A stretch of DNA of 64,000 nucleotides from an uncultured Peptococcaceae bacterium (GCA_947625705.1 CANQPG010000004.1:1484-65483), one strand, 5' to 3'. Positions 20,168 to 30,165 are shown, counted from the stretch's first letter. Made by a program: numbers and translations. The notes: a model not told the origin generated them from the letters alone.

Positions 20168-21847
20168 ATGAAAAGGAATTTCCAGTTGGTATGCAGTCTG
20201 CTGCTGGTATGTACGCTGTTGTTCGGCCTGTGCAGCACGGCTTTGGCGGCCAGCACCGACGAGCTGCAAAAGGCCATGGACGACACGGCCAAGTACACCT
20301 ACGAGACGGTGAAAAGCCCGCAGGTCGGCTCGATCGGCGGCGAATGGGCAGTGATCGGTCTGGCACGCAGCGGATACAGCGTGCCGGAGCAATACTATCA
20401 GGACTATATCAAGACGGTGGAAAAATATGTAACTGACTGCAAGGGCGTGCTGCATGATAAGAAATACACCGAATACAGCCGCGTTATCGTGGCGCTGGCC
20501 GCCCTCGGCCAGGACGCGCGCGATGTGGCGGGTTATGATCTGACACTGCCGCTGGGCGATTACGAGAAGACCATCTGGCAGGGGTTGAACGGCCCCATCT
20601 GGGCGCTGATTGCACTGGACACCCGCGATTATCCCATGCCGCAGAACAAAGACGCCACAACGCAGGCCACCCGCCAGATGTATGTTGACCGCATTTTGGC
20701 CTGCCAGCTGACCGACGGCGGCTGGAGCCTGACCGGCGGCACCTCGGCGGCTACCAAGGATACCACGTCCGACCCGGATATCACCGGCATGGCATTGCAG
20801 GCGCTGGCCAATTATCAGGATCAGCCCAAGGTCAAAGAAGCCATCAACAAGGCGCTGGACTGCATGAGCAAGCAGCAGAGCGAGGACGGCGGCTTTGCCA
20901 GCTGGGGCGAGAAGAATTCCGAAAGCTGCGTGCAGATGGCAGTGGCGCTGGCGACGCTGGGGATTTCGCAGGACGACGCGCGTTTTGTCAAAAACGGCCA
21001 CAGCATTTTGGACGCACTGCTGACCTTCTATACGCCGGGCAAGGGCTTTATCCATGTTGAAGACGGCGGCGGCAACAGCCTGATGTCCACCGAACAGGGC
21101 TTGTATGCGCTGGCGGCGGTAAACCGTGCCAACGCCAAGCAGAACGCGCTCTATGACATGAGCGACGCCAAGGTCATCAAGGCGGCGGAACAGACCGATA
21201 AAACGGATAAGCCCGCCGGCAATGACGCCATCAATACCAAACCGATCACCAAGCCGGGCGCCACTTTCCCGGATATTACCGATAGCCCCAACAAGGCGGC
21301 CATCGAAGCGTTGGCCGCGCGGGAAATTATCAACGGGGACACGGCGGCAGACGGCAGTATGGCTTTCCGCCCGAACGACAATATTACGCGGGCAGAATTT
21401 GCGGCTATCGTGGTGCGGGCGCTGGGGCTTGAAACCGCTGCCAGCGGCGTGTTTACTGATGTTCCGGCGGGCGCCTGGTATGCGGCCTACGTTGATACCG
21501 CCAATAAGTATGGTATCGTTAACGGCACAACGGCGACCACCTTTGAGCCGAACAGCAAAATTACCCGTCAGGAGGCGGCGGCGATGGCGGCGCGCGCGGC
21601 GGGGCTTTGCGGTATGGAGAACAAGCTGGATACGGCGGCGATCAGAGATATTCTGGCGGGCTTCGGCGATTATGTGAAGCTGGCGGATTATGCCAAAGCG
21701 CCGATGGCTTTTTGCCTGACCAACAGCCTGCTGGATAAGGTCATCGACGATATGGATATTCAGCTTTTGCCTGCCGCCAACATTACGCGGGCGGAGATGG
21801 CTCAAATAATTTATAACCTGCTGGCGGTCACAAAACTACTGTATTGA
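20168..21847 (+). CDS. Secreted alpha/alpha-toroid (prenyltransferase/terpene-cyclase-like repeat) protein with C-terminal SLH domains; candidate surface corrinoid-binding alpha-domain protein
   Basis: Signal peptide ...CSTALA. Repeated motifs CQLTDGGWSL, QQSEDGGFASWG and HVEDGGGNS. SLH repeats are FPDITDSPNKAAIEALA.. and FTDVPAGAWYAAYVD... It is the first gene after the B12 riboswitch. Confidence 0.8.
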   Translation: MKRNFQLVCSLLLVCTLLFGLCSTALAASTDELQKAMDDTAKYTYETVKSPQVGSIGGEWAVIGLARSGYSVPEQYYQDYIKTVEKYVTDCKGVLHDKKYTEYSRVIVALAALGQDARDVAGYDLTLPLGDYEKTIWQGLNGPIWALIALDTRDYPMPQNKDATTQATRQMYVDRILACQLTDGGWSLTGGTSAATKDTTSDPDITGMALQALANYQDQPKVKEAINKALDCMSKQQSEDGGFASWGEKNSESCVQMAVALATLGISQDDARFVKNGHSILDALLTFYTPGKGFIHVEDGGGNSLMSTEQGLYALAAVNRANAKQNALYDMSDAKVIKAAEQTDKTDKPAGNDAINTKPITKPGATFPDITDSPNKAAIEALAAREIINGDTAADGSMAFRPNDNITRAEFAAIVVRALGLETAASGVFTDVPAGAWYAAYVDTANKYGIVNGTTATTFEPNSKITRQEAAAMAARAAGLCGMENKLDTAAIRDILAGFGDYVKLADYAKAPMAFCLTNSLLDKVIDDMDIQLLPAANITRAEMAQIIYNLLAVTKLLY

Positions 21848-21856
21848 GGAAATATT

Positions 21857-22759
21857 ATGTGGCAAAAGCATAAAACGAAAATAATCGCCATATGCGCGGT
21901 GCTGATCGTGCTGGCTGGAGCTTTCTGGTATGGCGGCAGCGCGCCGGGGCTGCAGGGCTGGACGGCGGCGGACAACACCAAAACCGATAACCCCGTGACC
22001 GCGCCCGACCCCGCCCAAGCTACCCAGACGGCGGAGCAGAACGGCAAGACGCAGCAGGCGGAGCAGGGCGAGCCCCAGGAACAGGATAAGCCTGACGACG
22101 CCACTGCCAAGCCCGAGCAGCCCGCGGCAAAGCCGCAAGATAATTTGACGCCGGCGGAAAAAGTTGCCGCGGCGGCGGAAATTGCCGGGGCTGCCGGCCA
22201 GGCGGCGCCGGGCAGCGAGAGCTACTCCAAGGAGCAGGGTATGCAGATCGACCCGGCCACCGGCAAAGACCAATATAACACCGACCCCGTACCGGAGGGC
22301 AAACCCCTGCCGGTGGAGCCAGAAAACGCCGTCATCACCGACGAGGCGTATACCTGCACCATGTCTATCTCCTGCGCCAGCATTTTAGAGCATATGGACT
22401 GGCTGGCCGACGGCAAGGCCGAGCTGGTACCGGAGGACGGCGTGATCCTTGCGCCGACGGAAGTGACTTTTTACGGCGGCGAAAGCGTGTTCAACGTATT
22501 GCAGCGCGTCTGCAAGCAGAACAAGATACATATGGAATTTATGAACACGCCGATGTATAACTCCGCCTACATCGAGGGTATCCACAACCTCTATGAGTTT
22601 GACTGCGGCGAGCTTTCCGGTTGGATGTACAGCGTGAACGACTGGTTCCCCAACTACGGCTGCTCGCGCTATCAGCTCTCTGACGGCGACGTTATCTGCT
22701 GGGAATATACCTGTGACCTCGGCGTGGACGTGAACGGCTTCTACTCCACCGGGGCATAA
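21857..22759 (+). CDS. Membrane-tethered DUF4430 domain protein (transcobalamin beta-domain-like)
   Basis: N-terminal TM segment (IIAICAVLIVLAGAFWY), then a spacer of about 110 aa rich in P/Q/A/E. The C-terminal domain contains GESVFNVLQ...SGWMYSVNDWFPNYGCSRYQLSDGDVICWEYT. Confidence 0.78.
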   Translation: MWQKHKTKIIAICAVLIVLAGAFWYGGSAPGLQGWTAADNTKTDNPVTAPDPAQATQTAEQNGKTQQAEQGEPQEQDKPDDATAKPEQPAAKPQDNLTPAEKVAAAAEIAGAAGQAAPGSESYSKEQGMQIDPATGKDQYNTDPVPEGKPLPVEPENAVITDEAYTCTMSISCASILEHMDWLADGKAELVPEDGVILAPTEVTFYGGESVFNVLQRVCKQNKIHMEFMNTPMYNSAYIEGIHNLYEFDCGELSGWMYSVNDWFPNYGCSRYQLSDGDVICWEYTCDLGVDVNGFYSTGA

Positions 22760-22773
22760 AAGGGGCGAGGCTT

Positions 22774-23685
22774 ATGGCAAACCGCGATACGTTTTCCGGC
22801 CTGCACCCGCTGGTAAACTTTCTCTATTTTGGGCTGGTGCTGTTGTTCGGTATGTGCTTCATGCACCCGGCCTGCCTGATAATCTCGCTGGCCTCCGCCG
22901 TGGCGTATAATATCTATCTGAACGGGCGGCGGGCGGTGCGCTTTCAGCTGATGTTCGTGCTGCCCATGCTGCTGCTGGCGGCGGTTCTGAACCCGGCTTT
23001 CAACCATCAGGGCGCAACGATATTGACTTATCTGCCCAGCGGTAACCCGCTGACGCTGGAAAGTATCTTATACGGTCTGGCGGCGGCGGTCATGCTCTGC
23101 GCAGTGGTGACGTGGTTTGGCTGCTATAACGCGGTGATGACGTCGGACAAGTTTGTCTACCTGTTTGGCCGGGTGATACCGGCGCTGTCGCTGGTGTTAT
23201 CCATGACGCTCAGGTTCGTGCCCAAATTCACGGCGCAGCTTAAAGTGGTGACGGAAGCGCAGCAATGTATCGGCCGCAGCACCAGCGACGGCACGCTTTT
23301 GCAGCGGCTGAAAAACGCCGTCACCATCACGTCGATCATGCTGACCTGGGCGCTGGAAAACGCCATCGAAACGGCGGACAGCATGAAAAGCCGCGGCTAT
23401 GGTCTCCCCGGGCGCACGGCCTTTTCCATCTATCGCTTTGACGACCGCGACCGGGCGGCGCTTCTGTGGCTGGGTTTCTGCGGCTTTTTCATCTGCTGCG
23501 GCTGGCTGGCGGGCGGCGTCAGCTTCCGCTATTATCCCACGGTAGTCTGCGCCCCGGCCACGCCGCTGAATATCTGCTTTTTCGCGGTGTATCTGGCGCT
23601 GTGCCTGACGCCGCTGCTGCTGAATATCAAGGAAGATCTGGTGTGGACGAAGCTGCGCCGGGAGGGGAGTGAAGCCAATGTCTGA
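22774..23685 (+). CDS. ecfT: ECF transporter transmembrane (T) component, CbiQ/EcfT family
   Basis: 303-aa polytopic protein with the C-terminal coupling-helix region ALENAIETADSMKSRGYG. Confidence 0.82.
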   Translation: MANRDTFSGLHPLVNFLYFGLVLLFGMCFMHPACLIISLASAVAYNIYLNGRRAVRFQLMFVLPMLLLAAVLNPAFNHQGATILTYLPSGNPLTLESILYGLAAAVMLCAVVTWFGCYNAVMTSDKFVYLFGRVIPALSLVLSMTLRFVPKFTAQLKVVTEAQQCIGRSTSDGTLLQRLKNAVTITSIMLTWALENAIETADSMKSRGYGLPGRTAFSIYRFDDRDRAALLWLGFCGFFICCGWLAGGVSFRYYPTVVCAPATPLNICFFAVYLALCLTPLLLNIKEDLVWTKLRREGSEANV

Positions 23686-24220
23686 ACACGCATATACGGT
23701 GGAGAATTTGCAGGCCGGCGTTCCCGTGGCGGAATATATCGCCGAGTGTGTGGACGTGCCGAAATTCCTCGCCTATTGCAAGGAGTGCCGCTGCTATAAC
23801 CACCGCTGGCCGTGCCCGCCGTTTGATTTTGAGCCGCTGGCGCTTTGGCAGAAGTATGAAACGCTTCAGCTCTATACACGGGTTTTAACACCCGCGCCCG
23901 GCGCGGATATGAACGACATGATGCAGGGCATGAAGCGGGAAAAAGACCGCCTGCTTGCGGAGCTGCTGCGGCTGGAGAACGAGACGCCGGGGTCGCTGGC
24001 GCTTTCCGCCGGTTCCTGCTATATCTGCGGCGACAACTGCACCCGCCCGCAGGGCGAACCATGCCGCTTCCCGGCAAAAACGCGTCATTCGATCGAATCG
24101 CTGGGCGGCGACGTCAGCAAAACGCTGGAAAAATACCTGCATAAGCCAATGCTTTGGATAAAAAACGGCGAAATGCCCGCTTATCTGACGCTGACCGGCG
24201 GCCTGCTGCTGCCAAAATAA
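23678..24220 (+). CDS. Cys-rich predicted metal-binding protein (DUF2284-like)
   Basis: 180 aa with CKECRCYNHRWPCPPF and CYICGDNCTRPQGEPCRF. The start overlaps the ecfT stop by 8 nt. The family assignment is from memory. Confidence 0.6.
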   Translation: MSEHAYTVENLQAGVPVAEYIAECVDVPKFLAYCKECRCYNHRWPCPPFDFEPLALWQKYETLQLYTRVLTPAPGADMNDMMQGMKREKDRLLAELLRLENETPGSLALSAGSCYICGDNCTRPQGEPCRFPAKTRHSIESLGGDVSKTLEKYLHKPMLWIKNGEMPAYLTLTGGLLLPK

Positions 24221-24241
24221 TTTTAGAAGAAGAGCAGAACA

Positions 24242-26887
24242 ATGCCACTGTTTGAAATACGCAATTTCGCCTTTACTTATCCCGAACAACTGACCCCCGC
24301 GCTGCAAAACGTGAACCTCACGGTGCAGGCGGGGGAATTTCTGGTGCTGTGCGGCCCCTCCGGCTGCGGCAAAAGCACGCTGCTGCGGCAGCTGAAAACC
24401 GTGCTGGCGCCGCACGGCGTAAAAGGCGGCGATATCTTATTCGAGGGTCAGCCGCTTTCTGAGGTTGACCGCCGGGTGCAAAGCCAACGCATTGGCTTTG
24501 TGCTGCAAAGCCCGGAAAATCAGATCGTGACCGACAAGGTGTGGCATGAGCTGGCGTTCGGGCTGGAAAGCCTCGGTTATGACACGCCCACCATTCGCCG
24601 CCGCGTGGCTGAGACGGCGTCGTTCTTCGGTATCCAGAACTGGTTTTACAAGAACGTCACCGAGCTTTCCGGTGGGCAGAAGCAGCTGCTGAATTTGGCG
24701 TCGGTGATGGCATTGCAGCCAAGCGTGCTGATATTGGACGAGCCGACCAGCCAGCTTGACCCCATTGCCGCAACGGATTTCCTCGCGACCCTGGCCAAGA
24801 TCAACCGGGAGCTGGGTATCACTGTGATACTGACAGAACACCGGCTGGAGGAGGCGTTTCCGCTGGCCAACCGGGTGGCGGTGATGGACAAGGGCAGTAT
24901 CATCTGCACCGGCACGCCCCAGGAAGTGGGGCTGGCGCTGAAAGCAAGCGGCCACGGCATGTTTCTGGCTATGCCGACGGCCATGCGCGTTTGGGCGGCA
25001 ACCCCCGACGCCGGCACGGTCTGCCCGATCACCGTGCGGGAGGGGCATGACTGGCTGGACGCCTATGCCGCGAGCCATACATTGCAGCCGCTGCCGCCTG
25101 CGCCGCGTTACACTTATCCCGACGAAAAAATGATCGAACTGAACGACGTTTGGTTCAAATATGATAAAGACCTGCCGGACGTGGTGAAAGGGCTTTCGCT
25201 TTCAGTCGCAAAGGGCGAATTCCTGGCGCTGCTGGGCGGCAACGGCACCGGCAAAACCACCAGCCTGAAGCTGGCCGCGGGGCTGAATAAGCCGTATCGC
25301 GGCGAGGTGAAGCTAAACGGCACGGTGGGCATGCTGCCGCAGAACCCGCAGACGCTGTTTGTCAAGAAAACCGTGCGCGAGGACTTGTTTGAAATTTTCC
25401 GCGGCACGGGTATCCCCAGGGCGAAGCAGGAGGAAAAAGCGGCGCGGCTGGTCAAGCTCTGCCGGCTGGAGGAGCTGCTCGACCGGCACCCATACGACCT
25501 CTCCGGCGGCGAGCAGCAGCGGGCGGCGCTGGCCAAGGTGCTGCTGCAGGAGCCGCAGATATTGCTGCTGGACGAGCCGACCAAGGGGCTGGACGCGGAA
25601 TTTCACGTCTGCTTTGCCGAGATTTTGCGGGCATTGCTGGCCAGCGGCGTAACCATTTTAATGGTCAGCCACGACATCGAGTTCTGCGCCCGCTACGCGC
25701 ACCGCTGCGCGCTTTTCTTCGACGGCAACATCGTGAACGCCGCCGCCCCGCGCGAGTTTTTCTCCGGTAACAACTTTTACACCACCTCCGCCAACCGCAT
25801 GGCGCGCCACCTGCTGCCGCAGGCCACCACGCCGAACGACGTGATCGCCGCCTGCGGGGGTGAAATGCCGCCGGTGGAGGGCTTGCCAAAGGATTTTGAA
25901 CCGCTGCCGCCGCCGGAGGAGCACAGCGCTGACTGGCAGCCGCCGAAGCTGCCCTTATGGCGGCGTCTGGTGGCTTGGGCAACGGGGCTGGCCGCCGTGG
26001 TCATGTTCCTGAAGATCATGGGCGTGACGGATCTGACACAGCTGGTGGGCGAGGGCGGCGCGACGGCTCTCGCCGAAAATTATATGGCGTTTTACCTGGT
26101 TTTCATCGCCGATCTGCTGGTGTTCGCGCTGGCTATCGGCCGCCGCGGCACGCCGCCGGTGCAGGTGCAGACGCCGCGGGAAAAGCGCCGGCTGACCCGA
26201 CGCACGCTGGTGGCGACGGTGCTGATTTTGCTGCTGATACCGCTGACGCTGTTTGTCGGCGAGGTGTATCTGGCTAACCGCAAATATTATTTCATCTCGC
26301 TGCTGATTTTGCTGGAATGTATGCTGCCGTTCTTCCTGATTTTTGAGGGGAAAAAGCCGCAGGCGCGCGAGCTGGTGATCATCGCGGTGCTTTGCGCCAT
26401 CGCGGTGGCCGGGCGGGCGGCGTTCTTTATGCTGCCGGAATTTAAGCCGGTGGTGGCAATGACGATCATCGCGGGCATTGCATTCGGCGGCGAAACGGGC
26501 TTTCTGGTTGGCGCGATGACCATGCTGGCCTCTAACGTCCTGTTCTCGCAGGGCACCTGGACGCCCTGGCAGATGTTTGCCATGGGTATCATCGGCTTCC
26601 TCGCGGGGATATTGTTCCGCAAGGGGTGGCTGCGGCGCACGCGCGGCAGTATGTGCGTGTTCGGCGCGGTGGTCTCCATCGTCATCTACGGCGGCATTAT
26701 GAACCCGGCCAGCGCGCTGGTTTGGAGCCATGAGCTGAACTGGCACATGCTGCTGACGTATTACGTGACGGGCTTCCCGCTGGACTGCGTGCGGGCGGCG
26801 GGCACCTGGTTCTTCCTCTGGTTCGGCGGCGAGGCGATGCTGGAAAAACTTGACCGGATCAAAACGAAATACGGCCTGGTGGAATAA
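24242..26887 (+). CDS. ECF transporter fusion: duplicated ATPase (EcfA-EcfA') plus C-terminal multi-TM S-component-like domain
   Basis: Two ABC cassettes: [28 protein letters not shown] and [28 protein letters not shown]. They are followed by about 300 hydrophobic residues (about 10 predicted TM) ending in an S-component-like region ([30 protein letters not shown]). Confidence 0.82.
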   Translation: MPLFEIRNFAFTYPEQLTPALQNVNLTVQAGEFLVLCGPSGCGKSTLLRQLKTVLAPHGVKGGDILFEGQPLSEVDRRVQSQRIGFVLQSPENQIVTDKVWHELAFGLESLGYDTPTIRRRVAETASFFGIQNWFYKNVTELSGGQKQLLNLASVMALQPSVLILDEPTSQLDPIAATDFLATLAKINRELGITVILTEHRLEEAFPLANRVAVMDKGSIICTGTPQEVGLALKASGHGMFLAMPTAMRVWAATPDAGTVCPITVREGHDWLDAYAASHTLQPLPPAPRYTYPDEKMIELNDVWFKYDKDLPDVVKGLSLSVAKGEFLALLGGNGTGKTTSLKLAAGLNKPYRGEVKLNGTVGMLPQNPQTLFVKKTVREDLFEIFRGTGIPRAKQEEKAARLVKLCRLEELLDRHPYDLSGGEQQRAALAKVLLQEPQILLLDEPTKGLDAEFHVCFAEILRALLASGVTILMVSHDIEFCARYAHRCALFFDGNIVNAAAPREFFSGNNFYTTSANRMARHLLPQATTPNDVIAACGGEMPPVEGLPKDFEPLPPPEEHSADWQPPKLPLWRRLVAWATGLAAVVMFLKIMGVTDLTQLVGEGGATALAENYMAFYLVFIADLLVFALAIGRRGTPPVQVQTPREKRRLTRRTLVATVLILLLIPLTLFVGEVYLANRKYYFISLLILLECMLPFFLIFEGKKPQARELVIIAVLCAIAVAGRAAFFMLPEFKPVVAMTIIAGIAFGGETGFLVGAMTMLASNVLFSQGTWTPWQMFAMGIIGFLAGILFRKGWLRRTRGSMCVFGAVVSIVIYGGIMNPASALVWSHELNWHMLLTYYVTGFPLDCVRAAGTWFFLWFGGEAMLEKLDRIKTKYGLVE

Positions 26888-26891
26888 CCGG

Positions 26892-26939
26892 GCATAAGAA
26901 AACGGCGGCCTCCGCGTAGGGGGTCGCCGTTACTTATGC
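26892..26939. terminator. Bidirectional terminator between convergent genes
   Basis: A long imperfect inverted repeat: GCATAAGAAAACGGCGGCC...GGTCGCCGTTACTTATGC. Confidence 0.6.
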
Positions 26940-26943
26940 TTTG

Positions 26944-27756
26944 TTACTTCTTGACGACAGGAACGAGGATATAGCTTTTATCCTCAAAATAACATTCAAA
27001 ATCCTGCTTGGTCTCGTCAAACTGCCAGTCGCTCGCGTCAAACCAGGCGCCGAAGATGTACTGCCAGGTTTTTTTGACGTTTGCCGCGGTTTCCTTGGGA
27101 GTGGCGCCCGCAGGGGCAGTGAACACGGCGTATTCCGCGGCGGGGAAAGTCAAAAGCTTCATGCCGTCGGGAATAAAATCGGTTGTCTTAACGCTGGGGC
27201 CGAAGCAATAGTAAAGCTCGCCGGGGTCGGCAGGGTCATGCTGCCACGTGCCGATCTCGGCATAGCCGGGGTAGGTCAGCTTCTGGTAATCCTCCGACGA
27301 CACGCCGGAGAAATCCTTGCCCAGCCAGTATGCGCCGTTTTGCAGCACGTCGAAATCGCCCTCCGGTGCGGGGAAAACGTAACCGACCGCATTAAATTCG
27401 TCGATCTTTTTGATGATAGGTTTCATAATCTTGCTACCTCCCGTTTTAATGTAAGCGGTGGGGCTTTGTCCAAACTGTTTACGGAAGGCGCGGTTGAAGC
27501 CGGAGGGTGTATCGAACCCCCAGTTCAGCGCCGCGTCGGTCACGCTCGCGCCCTGCTTCAGGTCGCCGCAGGCTCTTTCCAGCCGCAGCCGCCGCCAGTA
27601 GGCCGCCGGCGTGAGACCTGATATGCTCTTGAACGCCCGGCAAAAGTGATACAGCGAATAGCCCATGTTGTCGGCCAGCTGCTGCACCGGCAGGTTTTCG
27701 TCCAGGTGCTGCCGCATATATGCCAGACAGCGCGCCATATCCAGTTGGTAGCTCAT
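26944..27756 (-). CDS. AraC-family transcriptional regulator with GyrI-like effector-binding domain
   Basis: N-terminal double HTH (VQQLADNMGYSLYHFCRAFK..., GFDTPSGFNRAFRKQFGQSP). The C-terminal region of about 150 aa is GyrI-like. Confidence 0.85.
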   Translation of the reverse strand: MSYQLDMARCLAYMRQHLDENLPVQQLADNMGYSLYHFCRAFKSISGLTPAAYWRRLRLERACGDLKQGASVTDAALNWGFDTPSGFNRAFRKQFGQSPTAYIKTGGSKIMKPIIKKIDEFNAVGYVFPAPEGDFDVLQNGAYWLGKDFSGVSSEDYQKLTYPGYAEIGTWQHDPADPGELYYCFGPSVKTTDFIPDGMKLLTFPAAEYAVFTAPAGATPKETAANVKKTWQYIFGAWFDASDWQFDETKQDFECYFEDKSYILVPVVKK

Positions 27757-27825
27757 GCCCTCACCGCCTTATGCTTACATTATAGCGGGATAATTCAGCT
27801 GCGGCTTTTCCGTTCTTGCGCATTT

Positions 27826-28806
27826 TCAGCAGGCCAGCCCCAGCGCCCGGCGCTGCTGCCGCACCAGCGCAAGCTTCGCTGCCGCGTTCGGCGCGGCCAG
27901 CTCATGCACCAAATATTGGGGGGATATCTCTGCCAGAACGTCGGCAAATGCGCCGGTTTGGCAGGCCTCATGCCGGTCGATCTGCAATATGTGATAATAC
28001 GCCTGATTGAACTGCTGATAAACGTCTCCCGCAGGGAGCGGCAGGGGGTTCTGCAGAAAGCCGCGCACAAAAGCACCGGATAAGGAACGGTGCAGGTGAA
28101 CGCCCCTGATATAGCGGCAAAGCTCGCCGTGCTCCTTTAAGCGGCGGCGAATATAGCGGGCGGCGTCGGCCTCGTCTTGAAGCGTTAAGTCCGTGCACAT
28201 CAAATGGCCGAAATCGAGCAGCAAGCCCTTTTTGGGGTAATGCACATTAGCGAGCAGGCGCTCCGTCAGCTTATAATCGGTGAAGCGCAGCCCCGGCCAC
28301 GGCAGGTTTTCCATCAGAAAATCAAACTGATAATCCTCGCCGTCCAGCATGGCGTTGATAAATTCCGCTGCGGCTTCAATGATCTCCGCGTCGGTGTGCC
28401 GCCACTTGTATGTGTATGTCTCGGCAAACGAAACGTCGGAAACGTGAAAGACGACGTATTGCGCCCCGGCCTTTTCCGCCCGCCGCAGATCGGCCTTAAA
28501 CTGCGCCAGCAGACCCTCATTATCTGCCGCCTGATAAAACTCCTGCCAGACGGCGGGCGAGCCGAATTTCTCAGCGAGCGCCTTTTCGTCCCGCCGCCAG
28601 AAATCCAGCCAGTCGGTATAAAACATCAAATGATAGCCCGGCGTAATGCCCTCGGGAAAGCCCGCAAGTCTCCCGGTGCCGCCGTATATTATCTCCAGCC
28701 CGGCGCAGCCGCTCTCGTTAAGCCAGGCGGCAAGCCCCGTGGCGCTGCCGCCGAACCAGCTTTGCCACGTCTGCTGCTCATAAGCCAGATTGATCAGCTC
28801 CTGCAT
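27826..28806 (-). CDS. Xylose-isomerase-like TIM-barrel protein (sugar phosphate isomerase/epimerase family), substrate unknown
   Basis: 326 aa starting MQELINL with a GGAGAA RBS. Motifs typical of the AP_endonuc_2 fold: YVVFHVSD, FLMENLP, DFGHL. Confidence 0.6.
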   Translation of the reverse strand: MQELINLAYEQQTWQSWFGGSATGLAAWLNESGCAGLEIIYGGTGRLAGFPEGITPGYHLMFYTDWLDFWRRDEKALAEKFGSPAVWQEFYQAADNEGLLAQFKADLRRAEKAGAQYVVFHVSDVSFAETYTYKWRHTDAEIIEAAAEFINAMLDGEDYQFDFLMENLPWPGLRFTDYKLTERLLANVHYPKKGLLLDFGHLMCTDLTLQDEADAARYIRRRLKEHGELCRYIRGVHLHRSLSGAFVRGFLQNPLPLPAGDVYQQFNQAYYHILQIDRHEACQTGAFADVLAEISPQYLVHELAAPNAAAKLALVRQQRRALGLAC

Positions 28807-29003
28807 AGCAATTCTCCGTTTCGTCAAAATCTTTTTACCTATTGTAACACATATTGGCGGCAAATTCATCAGCTATCCGCAATTTACTGTATCTTGTGGC
28901 GAAAATGGGGTAAATTTTGAGATTTTCCGCATATCTGGCAGGGATAAGCGGGCGGGCGGCGAATTTATTTAATTTGGAATTTTGTCGCAAAGGAGGCGGC
29001 GGC

Positions 29004-29513
29004 TTGCGGATATTGGGCATCGACCCCGGCACCGGCATCACCGGCTGGGGCGTTATCGACAAGAATTACAATCAGCTGACGGTGGTCGATTACGGCTGTA
29101 TCCGCACCCCCGCCCATCAGCTGAACCAAAAGCGGCTCTGCGAAATTTACGACGGTATGCAGCTGCTGCTCAGCGAATATCAGCCGGACGAAATGGCCAT
29201 TGAGGAGCTGTTCTATAACCGCAACGTCACCACCGTTATCAGCGTGGGGCAGGCGCGGGGCGTGCTGGTGCTGGCCGCCGCCCAAAGGGGCGTGCCGGTT
29301 TATGAATACACGCCGCTGCAGATCAAGCAGGCGGTGACGGGCTATGGCCGGGCGGATAAAAAACAGGTGCAGTATATGATCCAAAACCTGCTTAATCTCT
29401 CCGCCATTCCCCGGCCGGACGACGCGGCCGACGCGCTGGCCGTGGCCGTCTGCCACAGCAACTGGCAGCAGGCCAACCACTGGCAGAAAAACACCGAAGA
29501 AAACCTGGTTTAA
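29004..29513 (+). CDS. ruvC: Holliday junction resolvase RuvC
   Basis: TTG start 7 nt after an AAGGAGG RBS. Motifs (L)RILGIDPGTGITGWGVI, EELFYNRN and DDAADALAVAVCH, which contain the catalytic acidic residues. Confidence 0.9.
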   Translation: MRILGIDPGTGITGWGVIDKNYNQLTVVDYGCIRTPAHQLNQKRLCEIYDGMQLLLSEYQPDEMAIEELFYNRNVTTVISVGQARGVLVLAAAQRGVPVYEYTPLQIKQAVTGYGRADKKQVQYMIQNLLNLSAIPRPDDAADALAVAVCHSNWQQANHWQKNTEENLV

Positions 29514-29538
29514 TATATGTGATATACTTGGAGGATTT

Positions 29539-30165
29539 ATGATTGCCTACATTCAAGGCGAGGTGCTGGAGGCGGCGGAAGACGGTCTGGTGCTGCTTGC
29601 CGGCGGTATCGGTTACCGCGTGTACGCGCCGATGAGCCTGTTTGCCGCGCCGCCCGCCCCGGGCGAAATGCTCTCGCTTTACACCTATTTGCAGATAAGC
29701 ACCCAAACCCAGGGCGAAGCGCTGGCATTGTTCGGCTTCCCCGATAAAAAAGAACTGGCGCTGTTCAAGCTGCTGATCGGCGTAAGCTCGATCGGGGCGA
29801 AAACGGCGCTGGCCGCGCTGAACAGCCTGGGCTACGGCGGCATTGTCGGCGCGGTGCAGACGGGCAACGCCCAAACGCTCACCGCGATCCCCGGCGTGGG
29901 CAAAAAATCAGCCGAGCGTATCCTGCTGGAGCTGAAAGATAGAATTATGAAGCTGGAACCCGCTTATCTTGCCCCGGATATGCCGCCCGCCCCGGGTGAT
30001 CTGGCCGGCAATCTCCGCCGCACGGCGGCGCTGGCGCTGGCACAGCTGGGTTATCCGCAGGCGGCGGCGCAGAAATTTGTGGACGAGGCGGCGCAGAGCC
30101 TGCCCGAGGACGCGGCGCTGGAGGATATGATCACGGCGGCATTAAAGCTGGCCGCGCGCGGTTAA
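29539..30165 (+). CDS. ruvA: Holliday junction branch migration complex subunit RuvA
   Basis: MIAYIQGEV..., with the helix-hairpin-helix sequence [16 protein letters not shown]. Confidence 0.9.
   Translation: MIAYIQGEVLEAAEDGLVLLAGGIGYRVYAPMSLFAAPPAPGEMLSLYTYLQISTQTQGEALALFGFPDKKELALFKLLIGVSSIGAKTALAALNSLGYGGIVGAVQTGNAQTLTAIPGVGKKSAERILLELKDRIMKLEPAYLAPDMPPAPGDLAGNLRRTAALALAQLGYPQAAAQKFVDEAAQSLPEDAALEDMITAALKLAARG

Noticed and set aside
20039-21805. 588-aa minus-strand ORF
   Set aside because: It lies antisense to the alpha-toroid/SLH gene and runs through the riboswitch terminator. Its composition is Arg/Gly-rich. It is a shadow ORF.
28917-29003. Upstream extension of ruvC (track start 28917), and the similar extension of the second ABC gene (8042)
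   Set aside because: The extensions have no similarity to the protein families. Internal starts with strong RBSs (TTG 29004, ATG 8156) give canonical N-termini.
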